From positions 127,720,001-127,784,000 of the forward strand of contig NC_042998.1 in the NCBI RefSeq assembly GCF_006345805.1: a DNA stretch of 64,000 nucleotides. The letters are read 5' to 3'. The notes under the pieces were generated by a model. That model saw only the letters and a program-made list of their open reading frames with translations, did not search any database and was not told the origin of the DNA. Origin of the DNA: Octopus sinensis. Taxonomy: Eukaryota. The translations under genes were made by a program, and so were the position numbers. This document shows positions 14,401 to 28,400 of this stretch, piece after piece (the stretch's first letter is position 1; each line of letters starts with the position of its first letter).

Positions 14401-15383
14401 CAGGAACAGTTGCACATTTGCCAAAATCAGAATCCTAGAAACAGCATAATATGATTGTAAACCTTATTATCAAAATGTCTAGTTGGAATTGTTCAAGTAT
14501 GAATAGTTTAAGTGTGTGAGAAAAAACTTCTTAGATTTCTCATATGGAGTCAAGATTTATTTCTGTTCTGCGATTTTCCCAAAATGAATTTACTAATCTA
14601 TATAGATGTGTTATGGATGTACTTATGTATGTATAGATGAACGAATGGATATATGTCTTTTGATTTTCTTTTTGTTTGTGCTGTGTAAGTGAATAGTTGG
14701 ACTGTTCTAACAATGCTAAAGTAAGATGCTTGGAGCACTTCAAGGACTTGAAAATGTATAAGTCTCAGTTATGAAAAAATACCATTACTAATGCCATGAG
14801 CATGAAAAAGTTAGAAAAGGGAAAAGAATAATTATATTGTATGAGGCCTGTGCGTAATAAATAAGACAAAAACCAGACGGAAATCTAGTAAAATGTCCTA
14901 ATTCCTGACATCACACATAAAAAGAAGAAAACATTTGTTTCCAGTTGGAGTGCAAGTCCAGCAAATTTTTAGGGAGAGGGAAAATGGATTATAACGACCC
15001 TAGTTCTCAACTAGTATTTTATATTATCGCCCGCAAAAGGATAAAGGGTAACGTCGCCCTCGATGGGTCTGAAATTAGAGTATAAAAAAAACAAACAATA
15101 AATTATTAACAATAAACTATAAAAATCAAAACAAACACTGCAAAGTATTTTTACGACACTCTAACAATTCTGCCAGCTCACGTGATAACCATGGTTTCAG
15201 ATAACAATGGTTTCAGAGTGCAATCTGTGAGTGGAACAGTAAAAATATGCAACACGTTTCTCAAGTTCCAAATGTGAATTTGTCAGTGTTAACTACATCC
15301 CAAAGATGGAGCCTTGTATCTTTGTTGGAAACCGGCTCCCTCCTCAGTGGAAGATTTATACTAATTAAAAAATAGAAGATACA

Positions 15384-15474
15384 TGCATACATACATACAT
15401 ACATACATATATATACACAAACACACACACATAATACATACATACATTCACACATATATACGTACGTACATACA

Positions 15475-15508
<34 letters not shown>

Positions 15509-15637
15509 CACACAAACACACACACATAATACATACATACATACATATATACATACATACATACATACATACATACATACATACATACATACATACATAC
15601 ATACATACATACATACATACATACATACATACATACA
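15384..15637. repeat. (TACA)n tetranucleotide microsatellite
   Basis: Directly visible. Confidence 0.95.
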
Positions 15638-17809
15638 TGAACAGTCGTAGTCCTCTCATTCGTGACATACTGTTGCTGATGATTCCATTTCTGTTGCTAT
15701 CTGCCACTCTTTTTCCTTATCGTTTCTTCTGTAGAGTAAGCTCTCACATGCGCTGTCTCGTTACATGAATAGCACCTGGGCGTTCTGCTCTGCAGCACCA
15801 GCCTGGGTTTCCACTCTGCTCCCTCAGTGGGGTAGGTATATCTCTACGATAGACTTGTAGTCATGAAGATTCATCAGTGCGTGTAGGTCTGCGCAGATTC
15901 CACCCGATTACATGTCATTATATTTAACATTAGCGTTCCATATAAGTCTGTTCTGTAATGCATATGACAATAAGCCAAGTTTTACCATCCACATTATATC
16001 TGGTGCTGCTTATCGTACTCCTGAGATCCTTACACCATGATGGAAGCTCACACCATGATGAACAAGCGTGTGGTACTTCTCAGTATTCAGTATGACCTGT
16101 CTTGATCGATGTAACATACACACATTCATTGGAGATTTCTTGGAGACACAGGGAGGCGCTATATTTTTTTAAGCAGAAGCTTGTCCTGGGATACATGCGG
16201 CGACTAAGGAAGTTCCTTTTTGTAATGCATACCTCGATCATCCTTTCAAATTTTTTTGTGCTGGCTCAAGTCGAGTCGCTCATTTTGGTCCACAACGTTT
16301 TCTAAACATCGGAAATAGTACTTTCTGATGTGCATAGTGCTTTTTCTCGTTCAGGTTAAAGGTTCCAAGAATTTCACCGGGAATCACTGCTTGTGTCTTT
16401 AATTTTTGTTATTTTTACGGCATAACTTAGCCATCCGTACATAAAATGTTTGTAGCATAGTAGGATTTGATGCTTTTGCTTACAATTATATCGCGTCTCT
16501 GCAAGAATCAGAAGAGCAGATCTTCACCAAGAGAGAAACAGTCATTCCCATCCGGGTCAAGGCGGTAAATTAAGAAGGAAGAGATTACAAAGATGATGAT
16601 GATGATGATGATGATGATTATGATGATGGGGGGATGCTGGTGGTGGTGGTGGGGGTGACGGACACAAAGTTGTCGACAGTGATGAGACAATAAGTAATCA
16701 AAAGAGAACGAAGAGAGAGCGAGATAGATCCCACCAAAAGTGAAACAGTAAAGAACACAATAAGAAAGAACCACCACCGCCAACAACAACTGGAATACCA
16801 ACAAAGATTGTGACGTAAAAAGTAACAACGAAAAGAAACAAAATGGCATTGTTGCATAGTGGTGTGAAAGAGAGGAATATCGAGGTATAGAATCTAAGAT
16901 ACATTATCGCAAACCCTCTATGGAATCACGTTGAAACGAAGCTGATATTTCTTCAGCGTACATAAACGAGCCAACTTCCTTCTGAAGAACATTCAAATGG
17001 AAGCATTCACATTTAGTGAAGCATAAGATTATTCCAAGTTATAAATATTCTCCTAGCATTATAGATCAATAGCACGTGAATACACTGAAGTTGATATGGT
17101 GGGGTGACACAAGAATAATTATTTAATCATTTACTTCAAAATTGTTAAACTGTGTGTATGTATATATTCATTGTATATGTGTCTGTGTGTGTGTATGTGT
17201 ATGCGTCGATGTATATGGTATTTTATGTACTTGTTAGTATGTTTCTTTGAAAAGTATGTGTTTCGATAGCAATGGAATTGTGACAACTTCGTTTTCAAAG
17301 TGATTTTCAATAGTAAAAAAGAGGAATTTACATATTCCCTGTTTTATTCTTACTCCACAATTTCCTGTTGGATAAACATAAGAAAAAGAAAAATCTGATG
17401 TCGGTGATAAGCTTCATCGTTTATTCATCTTTTTCCTCGACTTATGCATCTGCCGGGTATTCAGATACAGTATACACACACAGACACATACCAGTGTGTG
17501 TGTGTTTCTATATGTGTGTGTTCGCGCGTGTGTGTGTGTGTGTGTGTGTGCAGAGCGAAGGGGGGTGAGAAAGAGAGAGAGACAGACAGACAGAAAAAGA
17601 GAGACAAAGACAGAGACAGAGGGAAAGCGAGAGAGAGAGAGATAAAGTTTGTGTCTCGTTTGAGAGTGCCAGTTTGTGTTCAATAAAAATATTAATATAT
17701 GACAGTATATAGCATACGATTTGAATGATTTATACATATCTATTCATTATCATTTTGTATAGGTGCTGTTGTTATTATACCCATATGTGTGTATGTGTAT
17801 ATGTGTGCA

Positions 17810-18705
17810 TTCAGAGGCTGATCTTAGGATGAAGAGTTCATAGGCTGTCCAAAGCACTCTCATGGAATGTAACCAAATAGGTTTATTTTTCAACATAGTC
17901 CGTCATGCAGTCCACACAGTCCTTCCATCGATAGTACAGTGCTTGGATCCCATTGGTGACGAAGCTTTCATCCTATTGGTCAAAAAAGTTATGAACAGCA
18001 GATATGATGTCATCATCACTGTTTTTCGTGTTGCGGAACAGATAATAGTCAGATGGGGCCAACACAGGACAACAGGGAGAGTGTTCAAACAGTACAAAGT
18101 CACAGCCATGCACCGTTGCCATTGAAACCAAAAACCTTTGTTTTGGAGTTTTGTCCTGATGAAACAAGACCCCTTTTGACAGTTTTCCTGTGCGTTTTAT
18201 CTTGATAGACTTTAGTGACTGCTTAAGGAAGTTGGTGTAACACTCTCCATTGGTAGTGTATACCGTTTGAAGGTAGTCAATAAACACAATGCATTTTACG
18301 TCCCAAAACCTGAGGTCATCATTTTCCCTGAAGATAAAACGACCTTGGCCTTATTTGGAGCAGGTGAGGAGGAGTGTTTCCACTGCATGGATAGTCTCTG
18401 TGTCTTTAGTTTAAAGGGATGAGCCCAACACTCATCCTGGGCTAGGAAACTTTCAAGGAAACCAGCTGGATATGTCTCGAACAATGTTAGATTTTCCTAT
18501 GATGTGATCTGCCTGGTAGGTTTTGTGTCTTGTGTCAAAAGGGGTGGCACCCACCGACCAAAACTTTAGGGATGCCAAGTTTATTATGCACAATATTCTG
18601 AACTCTTACGTTATATGCTAATAACATTGACTATTTGATTTATACTCAATAGCCTGTAATCTGTACGATCAATGTTTTCCTCTGTGGTGGCAGCTTCTGG
18701 ACCTT
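17810..18705 (-). mobile_element. Decayed Tc1/mariner (mariner-type) transposase
   Basis: Frameshifted remnants of the mariner motifs: WVP (rc of ggcaccca), AQDECWAH (first D), VLFHQDKTP (second D), HSPCCPVLAPSDYYLF (YSPDLAPSD motif). Confidence 0.85.
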
Positions 18706-18719
18706 AGTTTTTGTGGGGT

Positions 18720-19480
18720 GGTGCTATGGTAAGGTTTTAGGAAAATTTTATTATTGATTAAATTTGGGATTATGTCATTGACTAGAATTCATGCATGCAG
18801 AACTTTGTAAACAAGCCTGTGGCTGTTTATCTTTTGTTAGGTAGACAAGATGTGTGATAGCATTTTGGATGCTTTTGTCATTATTGGATTTAATCCATTT
18901 GCTTTCACAGTATAAATGTCAAAGGTACAAAGTCCAGTTTTTAAGCCTTTAGTAATTGTGTGTCAACGTTTTCCTCACAGAAGAATGTAAATAGGTGGTA
19001 AGTTTAAGCTGGTCCTGCCTTTACTTGTTGCTATTTAGGGTATTTCCTGTTTTCGTTAATAAGGTCAGGATTATTATTCAGAGTGATCTTGGGGGTAACA
19101 GGTTTAGACAGATTGTATAGATTATATATGAAATTCTGGTATGCGACTGGCCGGTAGTTTTTCGCTAGGTGAGCGGCAATGTAGGGTTGTTTCTCCATTG
19201 AAAGTTTGCCAACACCAATAAGACACTGCCAGTAATAATGCATTTTTTACAGTATCCAATAATTACCTCTCTTCCTGAAACTTTCATATCATGAGTCGTT
19301 CGGATCATAGCTTCGTGGATATCACAATTGGTGATGCATGGTTTTAGTTCAAAACAGAGACAATATTTGTCATAGATTTCTTGTAATCCCTTTCCCTCCT
19401 GGTAAAAATCTGTTTCGTTCCAGGACTACTTCATATCTTCACAGGAGGGTGCCACTGTGATATTCATCTGTTGTACCCTC
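18720..19480 (-). pseudogene. Unclassified decayed reading frame, probably transposon-derived
   Basis: Consecutive protein-like segments (SWNETDFYQEGKGLQEIYDKYCLCFELKP...; HYYWQCLIG...KITLNNNPDLINE) broken by stops and frameshifts; no motif I can identify. Confidence 0.3.
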
Positions 19481-19929
19481 ATGTCTCTCTAGACTGCTGA
19501 TTAGTTTCGATTCTATTTTTTTACTTTCACCTACTGACTCCTGATACCAGATGTTTTTTTTTTCTTTTATTCTAGCGGCTACGAGTTCCTGTACAGATAT
19601 TTGTCTGTATTACATTATCCTCTTTTTACTTCCTGCAAACACTTTTAGCATTTTATTTTTCACTCTTTGCTTCAAGGGAGTGCATTTAGTTGTCTGTTTG
19701 CATGTGGTAAGCAATACGAGAAGACTGATAGATGTCCATAGACAGACAGAAACAATAAAGAAGTGCCACTTTTTTATTGTTTCGCCTTTCTTTAATCCTT
19801 CATCTCCAGAGCTGTATTTTCAGTCATTGCGAAGTTCTATTAACAAAAATTAATTTACCAAAACGAGACCCGTGATGGGGCGTATACGGTAGAGTTACAT
19901 GTTTCATGTCTTAAAATTTTATAAGACAG

Positions 19930-20135
19930 TGAACTAGCAGAATCATTAGTTCGCGTGACAAAACGGTTAGCGGCATTTCGTCCATCTTTACGTTCTGAGC
20001 TCAAATTCTGCAAGGTTTGTCTTTACTCTTCATCCTTTCGTGTTTAATGAAATAAGTACCAGTTCCACACTAGGATCGATGTAATCGACTTTCTCACTTC
20101 ACCAAAATTTCAAGCCTTCTGCCTATGTAGAAAGG
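19930..20135 (+). mobile_element. tRNA-derived SINE family A copy
   Basis: tagcagaatcattag head, ctgagctcaaattc B-box-like, catcctttcg core, aaattttcaagccttctgcctatgtagaaag tail. Confidence 0.75.
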
Positions 20136-21101
20136 TTTGATCCACCAAAATAAGGCATCGTTACATTGTTGTAAATGCTCTCCCCCGATTTCATTAACAA
20201 CCGTCAGAGTCAGCTTATTTCTTTTATCATTTGTTTTTTCAGATGATATCTTTTCTGAGAGAGTAATTTCAAATATGAAATTATTTTCTCGTGAAAGATT
20301 TCATAGAAAGTATCCTCCAAATGTTTATACTCTTCACTCTGCCAATTAGTGGAATATTTTCCAATGTTACTGTTATTGCTAGATTCGCTAACAAAATTTT
20401 AACAGACTGTTTGGGCATATGTCAGCATAGAGTGAACATTTTAACTACTACATAGCCTAGTAACACAGGTTATAGTTGAGCTGAAGCCCACTTGGTATTA
20501 TATGCGTAGTATTTATATTTTCAGGAACAAATTCATGCTCGCCATTTTTCGGAAAACATTAATCAATAATTCTTGCGTGTGTGTGTGTAAGAGAGAGAGA
20601 GAGAGAGAGGGGGAGGGGAGAGAGGAAGAGAGAGAAAGAAAGAACGAAAGAAATAGGTAAAGAGTGAAGAATGTTTGGTGATTTTTGCTTGTGTAATAGA
20701 AAAGTCCGTTTCACACAGCTATCACACAAAACCTGTAATCAGAACCTCAATCCGGAAAATAATACCAAAAATTAATAGCTGACTGTAAGTTAATGAGCAT
20801 TCTTAGCTGATTAGATACTTATTTCCGACACCCAGTTGAATCCAGGCAATGAATAATAATATGGTCTACCCAGACACCATGAAACACAACACTGCATGTA
20901 AACAGTTTGATCCACAAGCTATTTTCACTATGACATTGGTCTCTCTTTCCTTTCCACTCTGTTTCACTTTCCTTCATTTCTATAGATGTAAGTACGTGTC
21001 TATACATGTCATCTATAAAAAACATTTTTATATTGATATAAGCATACATATACGTGTACGTATATGTTTAGTGAACGTGTGATGTGGTTTACATGGTTAC
21101 T

Positions 21102-21133
<32 letters not shown>

Positions 21134-21679
21134 TGTATGTATGTATGTATGTATGTATGTATGTATATATAGGTGTATATATATATATATATATATATAT
21201 GTCTGTGTACGTACGTATGTATGTTTGAAAATTGTGTGTACATTGAATAGCGTGTGCATATATCTTTTGAGCAGAAGTGTATAGAAGAGTGTGTAGGCTA
21301 ACGTTATTAAGGAATTCAAGTGTATATGTGTATAAACGTATTATTATTTATTTATATTTGTGCATGTGATTGTATATGCAGGTACGTGTGTATGTATCTG
21401 TATGGTTTTGTCTGTCCATAAAAGATACTGTGTGTTTACCAGCTAAATGATCCGCTTCCCTTGGAGACAACTGATGGACGTCTGCTCGCATGATATAATG
21501 ATCAATAAACAATCACTTGATTAGAAGCTCCAATTCCTGATAGTATACCAGATACTTACAAATAGATAAAAGAGCAACAAGGAAGCCGACAACAATAGAA
21601 CATGGTATGAGAATCAGAAATAATGCACATACATACACGTACTCATACACGCACATACGTATGTATGCATATATATATG

Positions 21680-21760
<81 letters not shown>

Positions 21761-22231
21761 TATATATATATGTATATATGTATGTATGTATGTATGTATT
21801 ATATTTGTCGTAAACAAAACTCAATTTAGTATGAACTGCTTTTCGAGCGATACAATTCCATTGAGGATGCCTGTAATAAAAGGGTAATAACAAACAAGCG
21901 AAATGGTCTCACTGAGTGAAAAGGATATTATCAGTCAGTAACAAAACAGCCAGCTCAATTGAAGTCTATACTGTTGCCATACGCATCCAGGCTCTAAACA
22001 CTAGTCGCGCAAAAGCAGGAGGGAAAAGATTAATGTGGCACTAAATAGAATATTGCGATTATGGGAACGTAAAGGTCAATCATGAAAGACACGTTGAAAA
22101 GACGACAGGAAGGAAAATTCTCATATGCAACAAAATAGTTCGCATTTTATAAATTTGTTTCACGAATTTTCATTATATTGCGTGTATGGGGAATATTGTG
22201 TATACGTGTCTTTTTATTACTATGTGGTAGT

Positions 22232-24846
22232 CATCACCATCATCGTCGTTTAACGTCCGCTTTCCTTGCTAGCATGGGTTAGACGATTTGACTGAGGACT
22301 GGCGAACCAGGCTCCAATATAATCTGGCAAAGTTTCTACAGCTGGATGTCCTTCCAAACGCCAACCATTCCGAGAGTGTAGTGGGTGCTTTTACGTGCCA
22401 CCGGCACGAGGGCCAGTCAGGCGGCACTGGCAACGTCCACGCTCAAGTGGTGTTTTTTACGTTCCCCCTGCACAGGATCCAATCCAGCGGCACTGACAAC
22501 AATCTCGCTCGGATGTTTTCACGTGCCACCGGCGACGCTGTTAACGATCACGCTTGAATGGTGGTTTTTACGTGTCACCGTCACGGAAGCCAGTCAGCTG
22601 CTCTGGCAGCGATCACGGTCGGATGGTGCTCTTAGCGCTCCACTGGCACGGGTGCCAGTCATCAAATTTGCGAGTTTGATTTGATTTCGATTTCACTTGC
22701 CTCGAGAGGTCTTTGCAAGAAGAGTTTAGTGTCCAATGAAGGAAAGATATGCATAAGTGGGCTGGTTACACCCCTGGCATAGGCCACAGGTTAAGGTCTC
22801 ATTTAGCTTTCCAGGTCTTCTCACGCACTGCATATTTCCAAAGGTCTCGGTCACTAGTCATTGCCTCGGTGAGTCCTAATGTTCGAAGTTCGTCCTTCAC
22901 CACCTCATTCCAGGTCTTCCTGGGTCTACCTCTTCCACAGGTTCCCTCAACAGCTAGGGTGTGGCACTTTTTCACACGGCTATCCTCATCCATTCTCACC
23001 ACATGACCAAACCAGCGCAATCGTCTTTCTTGCACACCACATCTGATGTTTCTTAGGTCCAACTTTTCTCTCAAGGCACTTACACTCTGTTGAGTATGCA
23101 CACTGACATTATACATCTATCGGAGCATACTGGCTTCATTCCATGCGAGCTTACGCATGTCCTCAGCAGTCACAGCCCATGTTTCACTGCCATGTTGCAT
23201 GGCTGTTCGTACACATGAGTCATACAGTTTACCTTTTACTCTGAGCGAGAGGTTCTTTTTCACCAGCAGAGGTAAGAGCTCTCTGTACTTTGCCCAGGAT
23301 TCTCCCGCTATTGATTTGGTCACCTGGTAAAGGAAGCTATCAACTACTTCTAGTTTTTCTCCCTGGAATGTGGTGGAAGCTGTACCACATACAAAAACTA
23401 TCTTCCCAGTTAGCCTTCCTTTGACATTTTGCACCTCTTATGTGTCCATAGCTTACACTGTGTACATCTTACAGAGTTACTACCTACACTTTTTCTACAG
23501 ATCGTGCAGGGGCATCCACCTCAAGGGATTTGTGGTTTGACTGCCTTCCTACTTATTAGGACTTTGGTTTTAGCTAGGTTGACTCTAAGGCCCTTCGATT
23601 CTAATCCTTATTTCCACACCTGAAACTTCTCCTCTAGTTCTGATAGTGACTCAGCAATTAGAGCAAGGTCGTCAGCATAGAGGAGCTCCTAGGGGCATCC
23701 TGTCTTGAATTCTTCTGTTATTGCCTGGAGAACTACGATAAATAGGAGGGGGCTGAGGACTGAACATTTTTGGTCCGCTACCTCTACACAGAATTCTTCA
23801 CTGTACTCGTTGCCAACCCTCACCTTACTGACAATGTCCCTGTACATGGCTTGCACAGCTCTCACTAACCATTCATTTATCCCTTGTTTCCTCATTGACC
23901 ACCAGATAAGGGATCGGGGGACCCTGTCAAAGGCTTTCTCCATGTCAACGAAAGCTAGGTATTTCTTCTGCAGCAGTCTTACAAGAATTATAGCATCAGT
24001 GGTGCTTTTCCCTGGCACGAACCCAAACTGCTTCTCATCTAAACTGACTCTCTCTCTCTCTTATTAGTTGGGCTATGACCTTCTCCGTGACCTTCATTAC
24101 TTGATCCAGCAATTTGATACCTCTGTAATTATTTGTATCTAAATCGTCACCTTTACCTTTGTAGCAGTTGATTATGGTGCTGCTACACCAGTCATTGGGT
24201 ATGACTCCTTCGTGTATCACCTGGTTAACTGTACGGGTGACTAGCCTCTAGCCGACACTGCCAGATATTTTGAGAATCTCTGCAGTGATTCCTGATGGGC
24301 CGAGGGCTTTCCCTGTCTTCATACTCTTAATTGCTCTATCTACCAAGCTAGTGTCAACTCGAATAGCTGGTCCCTCTCTTGGGTCGACACTCGGCAGATT
24401 CTCTTTCTCCCGTTCATAGTTGCGTCTCCAAACCTCTCTCTTTACAGCCTCATTTAGTGCAAGTGAGCCATCATCTATGCGGACACATTTCTCTCCTACG
24501 ACATCACGATTCTCTCTCACACACTGTCTTGCAACACGAAATATGTCAAGTCTTTGGTCCTCACGGCGCAGAACATTGGCAAACTTTTTCTTATCTGCTT
24601 CCCTTTGGCTAAATAAACCTGTCTTCTAGCTTCCCTTCTGGCAGACTGATACAATTCCCTGCTACCACCGTTCTTCCAGTCCTTCCTAACCTGTTTCTTT
24701 TCTCTAATAGCACTGTCAACAACATTGTTGGACCACTACGATATTTTGAGTCGAGAGAGTACTTTGCACCATCCACAGATCTGATCAGTGACCCTCAGCA
24801 AATTCTCCCGTAGAAACCTATCGCATAAATGTCCGTCAACTTTGGG

Positions 24847-24850
<4 letters not shown>
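22232..24850 (-). mobile_element. 5'-truncated RTE-clade LINE (reverse transcriptase, C-terminus, 3' UTR); pseudogenised
   Basis: NYRGIKLL, FVDMEKAFDRV, SVLSPLLF, LLYADDL (23668-23679), RLRWFGHVVRM and GRGRPRKTW motifs; several stops and frameshifts; ends in a (GAT)n-like tail at about 22232-22250. Confidence 0.95.
22381..22660. repeat. Diverged ~60-bp GC-rich tandem repeats in the RTE 3' UTR
   Basis: About 4-5 units of ggtg(c/t)ttttacgtgccaccggcacg...gccagtca...ctggcaacgatcacgct. Confidence 0.75.
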
Positions 24851-24895
<45 letters not shown>

Positions 24896-25224
24896 CAAAA
24901 TAAGGTACTAAGAAATCTGGATGGTTGTACATTTCGATTCTGTTGTGTCTGGGGAGAATCATTTTCTTTTTGTACCTTATAATGTAACACACAACAGAAT
25001 ATGCTTCAACACACGAACTCATATAAAGAATCTTGCAAACCAAATCCAAAAAGGAAATATACTTTTACAGATTAATATTAATATGTCACATGTTTTTGTA
25101 AATGGTATTATAACGCTTGCATCTACTCTAGTAGATTCTTCTGAACTCCAAAGTCACTCTGTGCCAAGCAGATTCATTCTGCAGGCTGTAGCTTCGTTAC
25201 TATGGTAACAGTATCAACTTACTC

Positions 25225-25425
25225 TCACTCTTTCTTTCTGTTTCTGTTGTACATGTATTTCAAAAGGCCAGCCCTGTCACACACTGTGTCACGCTGAATC
25301 TCTCCGAGCTAATGGTACACGTGTGTGCGGAGTGCTCAGTCACTTACACGTTAATTTCACGAGCAGGCTGTTCCATTGATCGGATCAGCTGGAACCCTCG
25401 TCGTTGTAACAGACGGAGTGCCATG
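25225..25425 (+). mobile_element. SINE family C, 3' part
   Basis: Reverse complement of 53490-53700; ends ...ccctcgtcgttgtaacagacggagtgcca. Confidence 0.8.
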
Positions 25426-28400
25426 ACGACGTGGGTCCCAGTTGATATATATATACACATACATACATATACATATATGTATGTATGTGTAGAGAGAGAG
25501 AGAGGGAGGGAGGGAGGTAGAGAGAGAAGGGAAATAGAGGAGAGAACAATATAATGAAGACTATGTCCATCCACAACCAGTTTAGACAAGTAAAAGGCTA
25601 TACATTTTTAGTGCGATGTTTATATTTTTAAGGACTTCAATGGTGATAGCAAAATTATTTAACTACTTATTTCAGACTAATCAATAGAGAAATTGACACA
25701 AGGCCACATATATCGTTTAGTCGAGAAGGAAATAATTTCAGTGACTCTAATGATTTCCAGTTAGATTATTACAGATCTATAATATGTAACCCTTAAATCC
25801 ACTCCCGCGATATTTAAAGTTATTTAAATATTTAAACGAACGTAACTAAAGAACGTCAATTAGTGTCCTGATTCTGATATGTACAGCCCTTATAAACCTA
25901 TTATCATAAACCATTTAAACCATTACATCTTCTAGTGCTTAGCTTCGTATCGGTTCTAAATGAATCCAGTTTTTTCTGTAGTGTGTTGTACAGTGATAAT
26001 TCCTGTAGAGGTTGAAGATGTAGTAAAAGGAGGATATAATAGGATTATACAATGAATAGTATAGTCTCTCTTAATATATTTTGTTTCAGTAGACGCATTG
26101 TTTAGTATATGAAATGTTGACTGCTACAGAGCAATCACAAGATGATAACACCAGATAAGATTTCGATTTCCGTTTGATACCAATTCTTTTGTACTTCACG
26201 TCACAAATGACCTTGAAGTAATATGAAAAAGAAAACAAACCAACCCACGCTATCACTTATTTGGACTATACATGTTTTACTTTTGAACAAAATGAAAAGT
26301 AGAATCAATATGTCGTGAGATACTTATGCAAGTAAATAAATACAATTCGAAGAAAAAACAGCGTAAGTGTTGATGGTTATCAAATTAAAAGGAAGTGTAT
26401 GTACTTGTGTGTGTGTGTGTTTCTATATGTGTTTGTATGTGTGTCTGTTTGTGTGTATACATGTGTGTTTATTTTTACATAAGTACATGGATAAACCTAT
26501 ATATAAACGCACGCGCGCACATACATATACACACACACGTACATCAGCAAAAGATTGAGTACAGTCCCGAATATAAAACAGAAAAACGAATTAAGAATAC
26601 CAGATGTTTCACAGTAAGAAAAAATGGACGAAATTTTCGTTTCTTATTATATTTCTTCATAAAAAAATGCAGAGAGAGAATCGGTAAAGTAAATTTCCAT
26701 ACAAGTGATATTTAACGAGATTGTCGGACCATAAATTGCTAGCCTATGTCTGACACCCATTCTTTCTTTACTTGTACGTAGATACGTATAAACACAAAAC
26801 ATGCGTCACATAACATTAGGTTTCATTCACACTTTCTACATAGTATTACACACACACACATGCGCTCTCACAATGTGTCTTCTCTGTCTCCCTCTTACAC
26901 ACACACTTACCTACGCATACTCATCTATGTCTATGCATTCCCACATACACAGAATACTCTAACACCTCTTCATTGATTCTATGAAACACACAAGCACATA
27001 TATATATTCACTTACATAAATACACACACATACACACATACGCGCGCGCACACAGACACAATTTTTTTCTCATTATTCCTTATCTGCCTTCACTGAAAGA
27101 AAGTCTTCTGGTTGTAAAACACCGTTCCTTTACATTCACTTCCGTCGTTTATTTCATTTATTCTGAACGTGATTTTCATTGAAAAATTCAATGCTTCAAA
27201 CGAAATTTTTTCTTCTCCTTTTCCTTTTCTCTGCATTTCTCTGAAAAATAACCAGTGTCCTAAACACTAAACTTTGTTCTATTTCTGCCTTAAAGCGTCA
27301 AATGTATTTCTATCCCTTTGTTCAAGAAAATGCTTTGGGTAACATTACCAAATATGATGTACATATGTTTTGATCACCTGCGATTTTACTCAGTATAAAG
27401 AGTATTATTTTCAAAATTATCTAAAGAATTATAAATACACAATCTTTATAATGTATATAATAATTCAACGGGTACTATATCTTCAATAGTTTCAGGAATT
27501 CATCTCAGATATTTAAATGTTTAATATTCAATTTGCTGTAAAGACATCTTATGGTTGAGATCCTGAACTAAATAGTCGCGTTGGTGAGTTTAGCAAATAA
27601 AAGCTCCTAAATTCGAACAAATATACTTTTTCGTCACACATGCTACAACCAAAATAATTAAGTGATAGCTGTTTTGTTTAGGTCTAGATTAGATTTAATT
27701 GTGGTAACTATGAAAGCCACATTACCATGTATGGTTGCATATTATGAACAGCATTGTTCGATATATCCTTCTTTATTTAAGGTGTTGGGAATTGGGGAAG
27801 AGTATGGCTGATATTTTTAGCAGGTTCAATGATAGGTTAGGGGCTTCCTGACTCGTGTTTTTCGTTGTTGTTATTGAGGGAGGATTTAGGATAGTGGTTA
27901 GTCAAAGGTCAACAATCTTATACTTAATGGTTTTCAATGGAAGGACCCATTCCTTCTTTTTTCAGACATATTATATCTAGCATTTCAAGCTAATGAAAAC
28001 AGAAACAAAAAGAAAATTTCGAAATTGTAGTGAGATGTGATTTGAGAATTCTTTCTCAATATAATAGTTAATAAGAAATTAAAAAAAGGTAAGTAGCCTC
28101 GAAATATTGAGAAAAAGCATTATATTGCAAAGGACAAGAGCACCATATTAAAAAGATAAGAATAAAACTAATAAAAATAGTTGAGAATATTTTTTATAAC
28201 ATTGTTGAAAGTTTATTGTGCTTAGTAGCATGACCAATTAATTTAAGAAAAAGAAATATAACAACATCAGTATCTGATAAAAATATAGTGATGGATGTTT
28301 TCGATGTTTATATGACGCTGATTTAACACAACCTTATTTTATGAGTCTCGAACATTATTTTTAATACTAATTTAGTGTTCGAAATTGTTTCAGCATAAAG

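Noticed and set aside
22381-22660. CRISPR-like repeat array
   Set aside because: Units are contiguous diverged repeats without unique spacers, lie in a LINE 3' UTR, have no cas genes nearby, and the context is eukaryotic.
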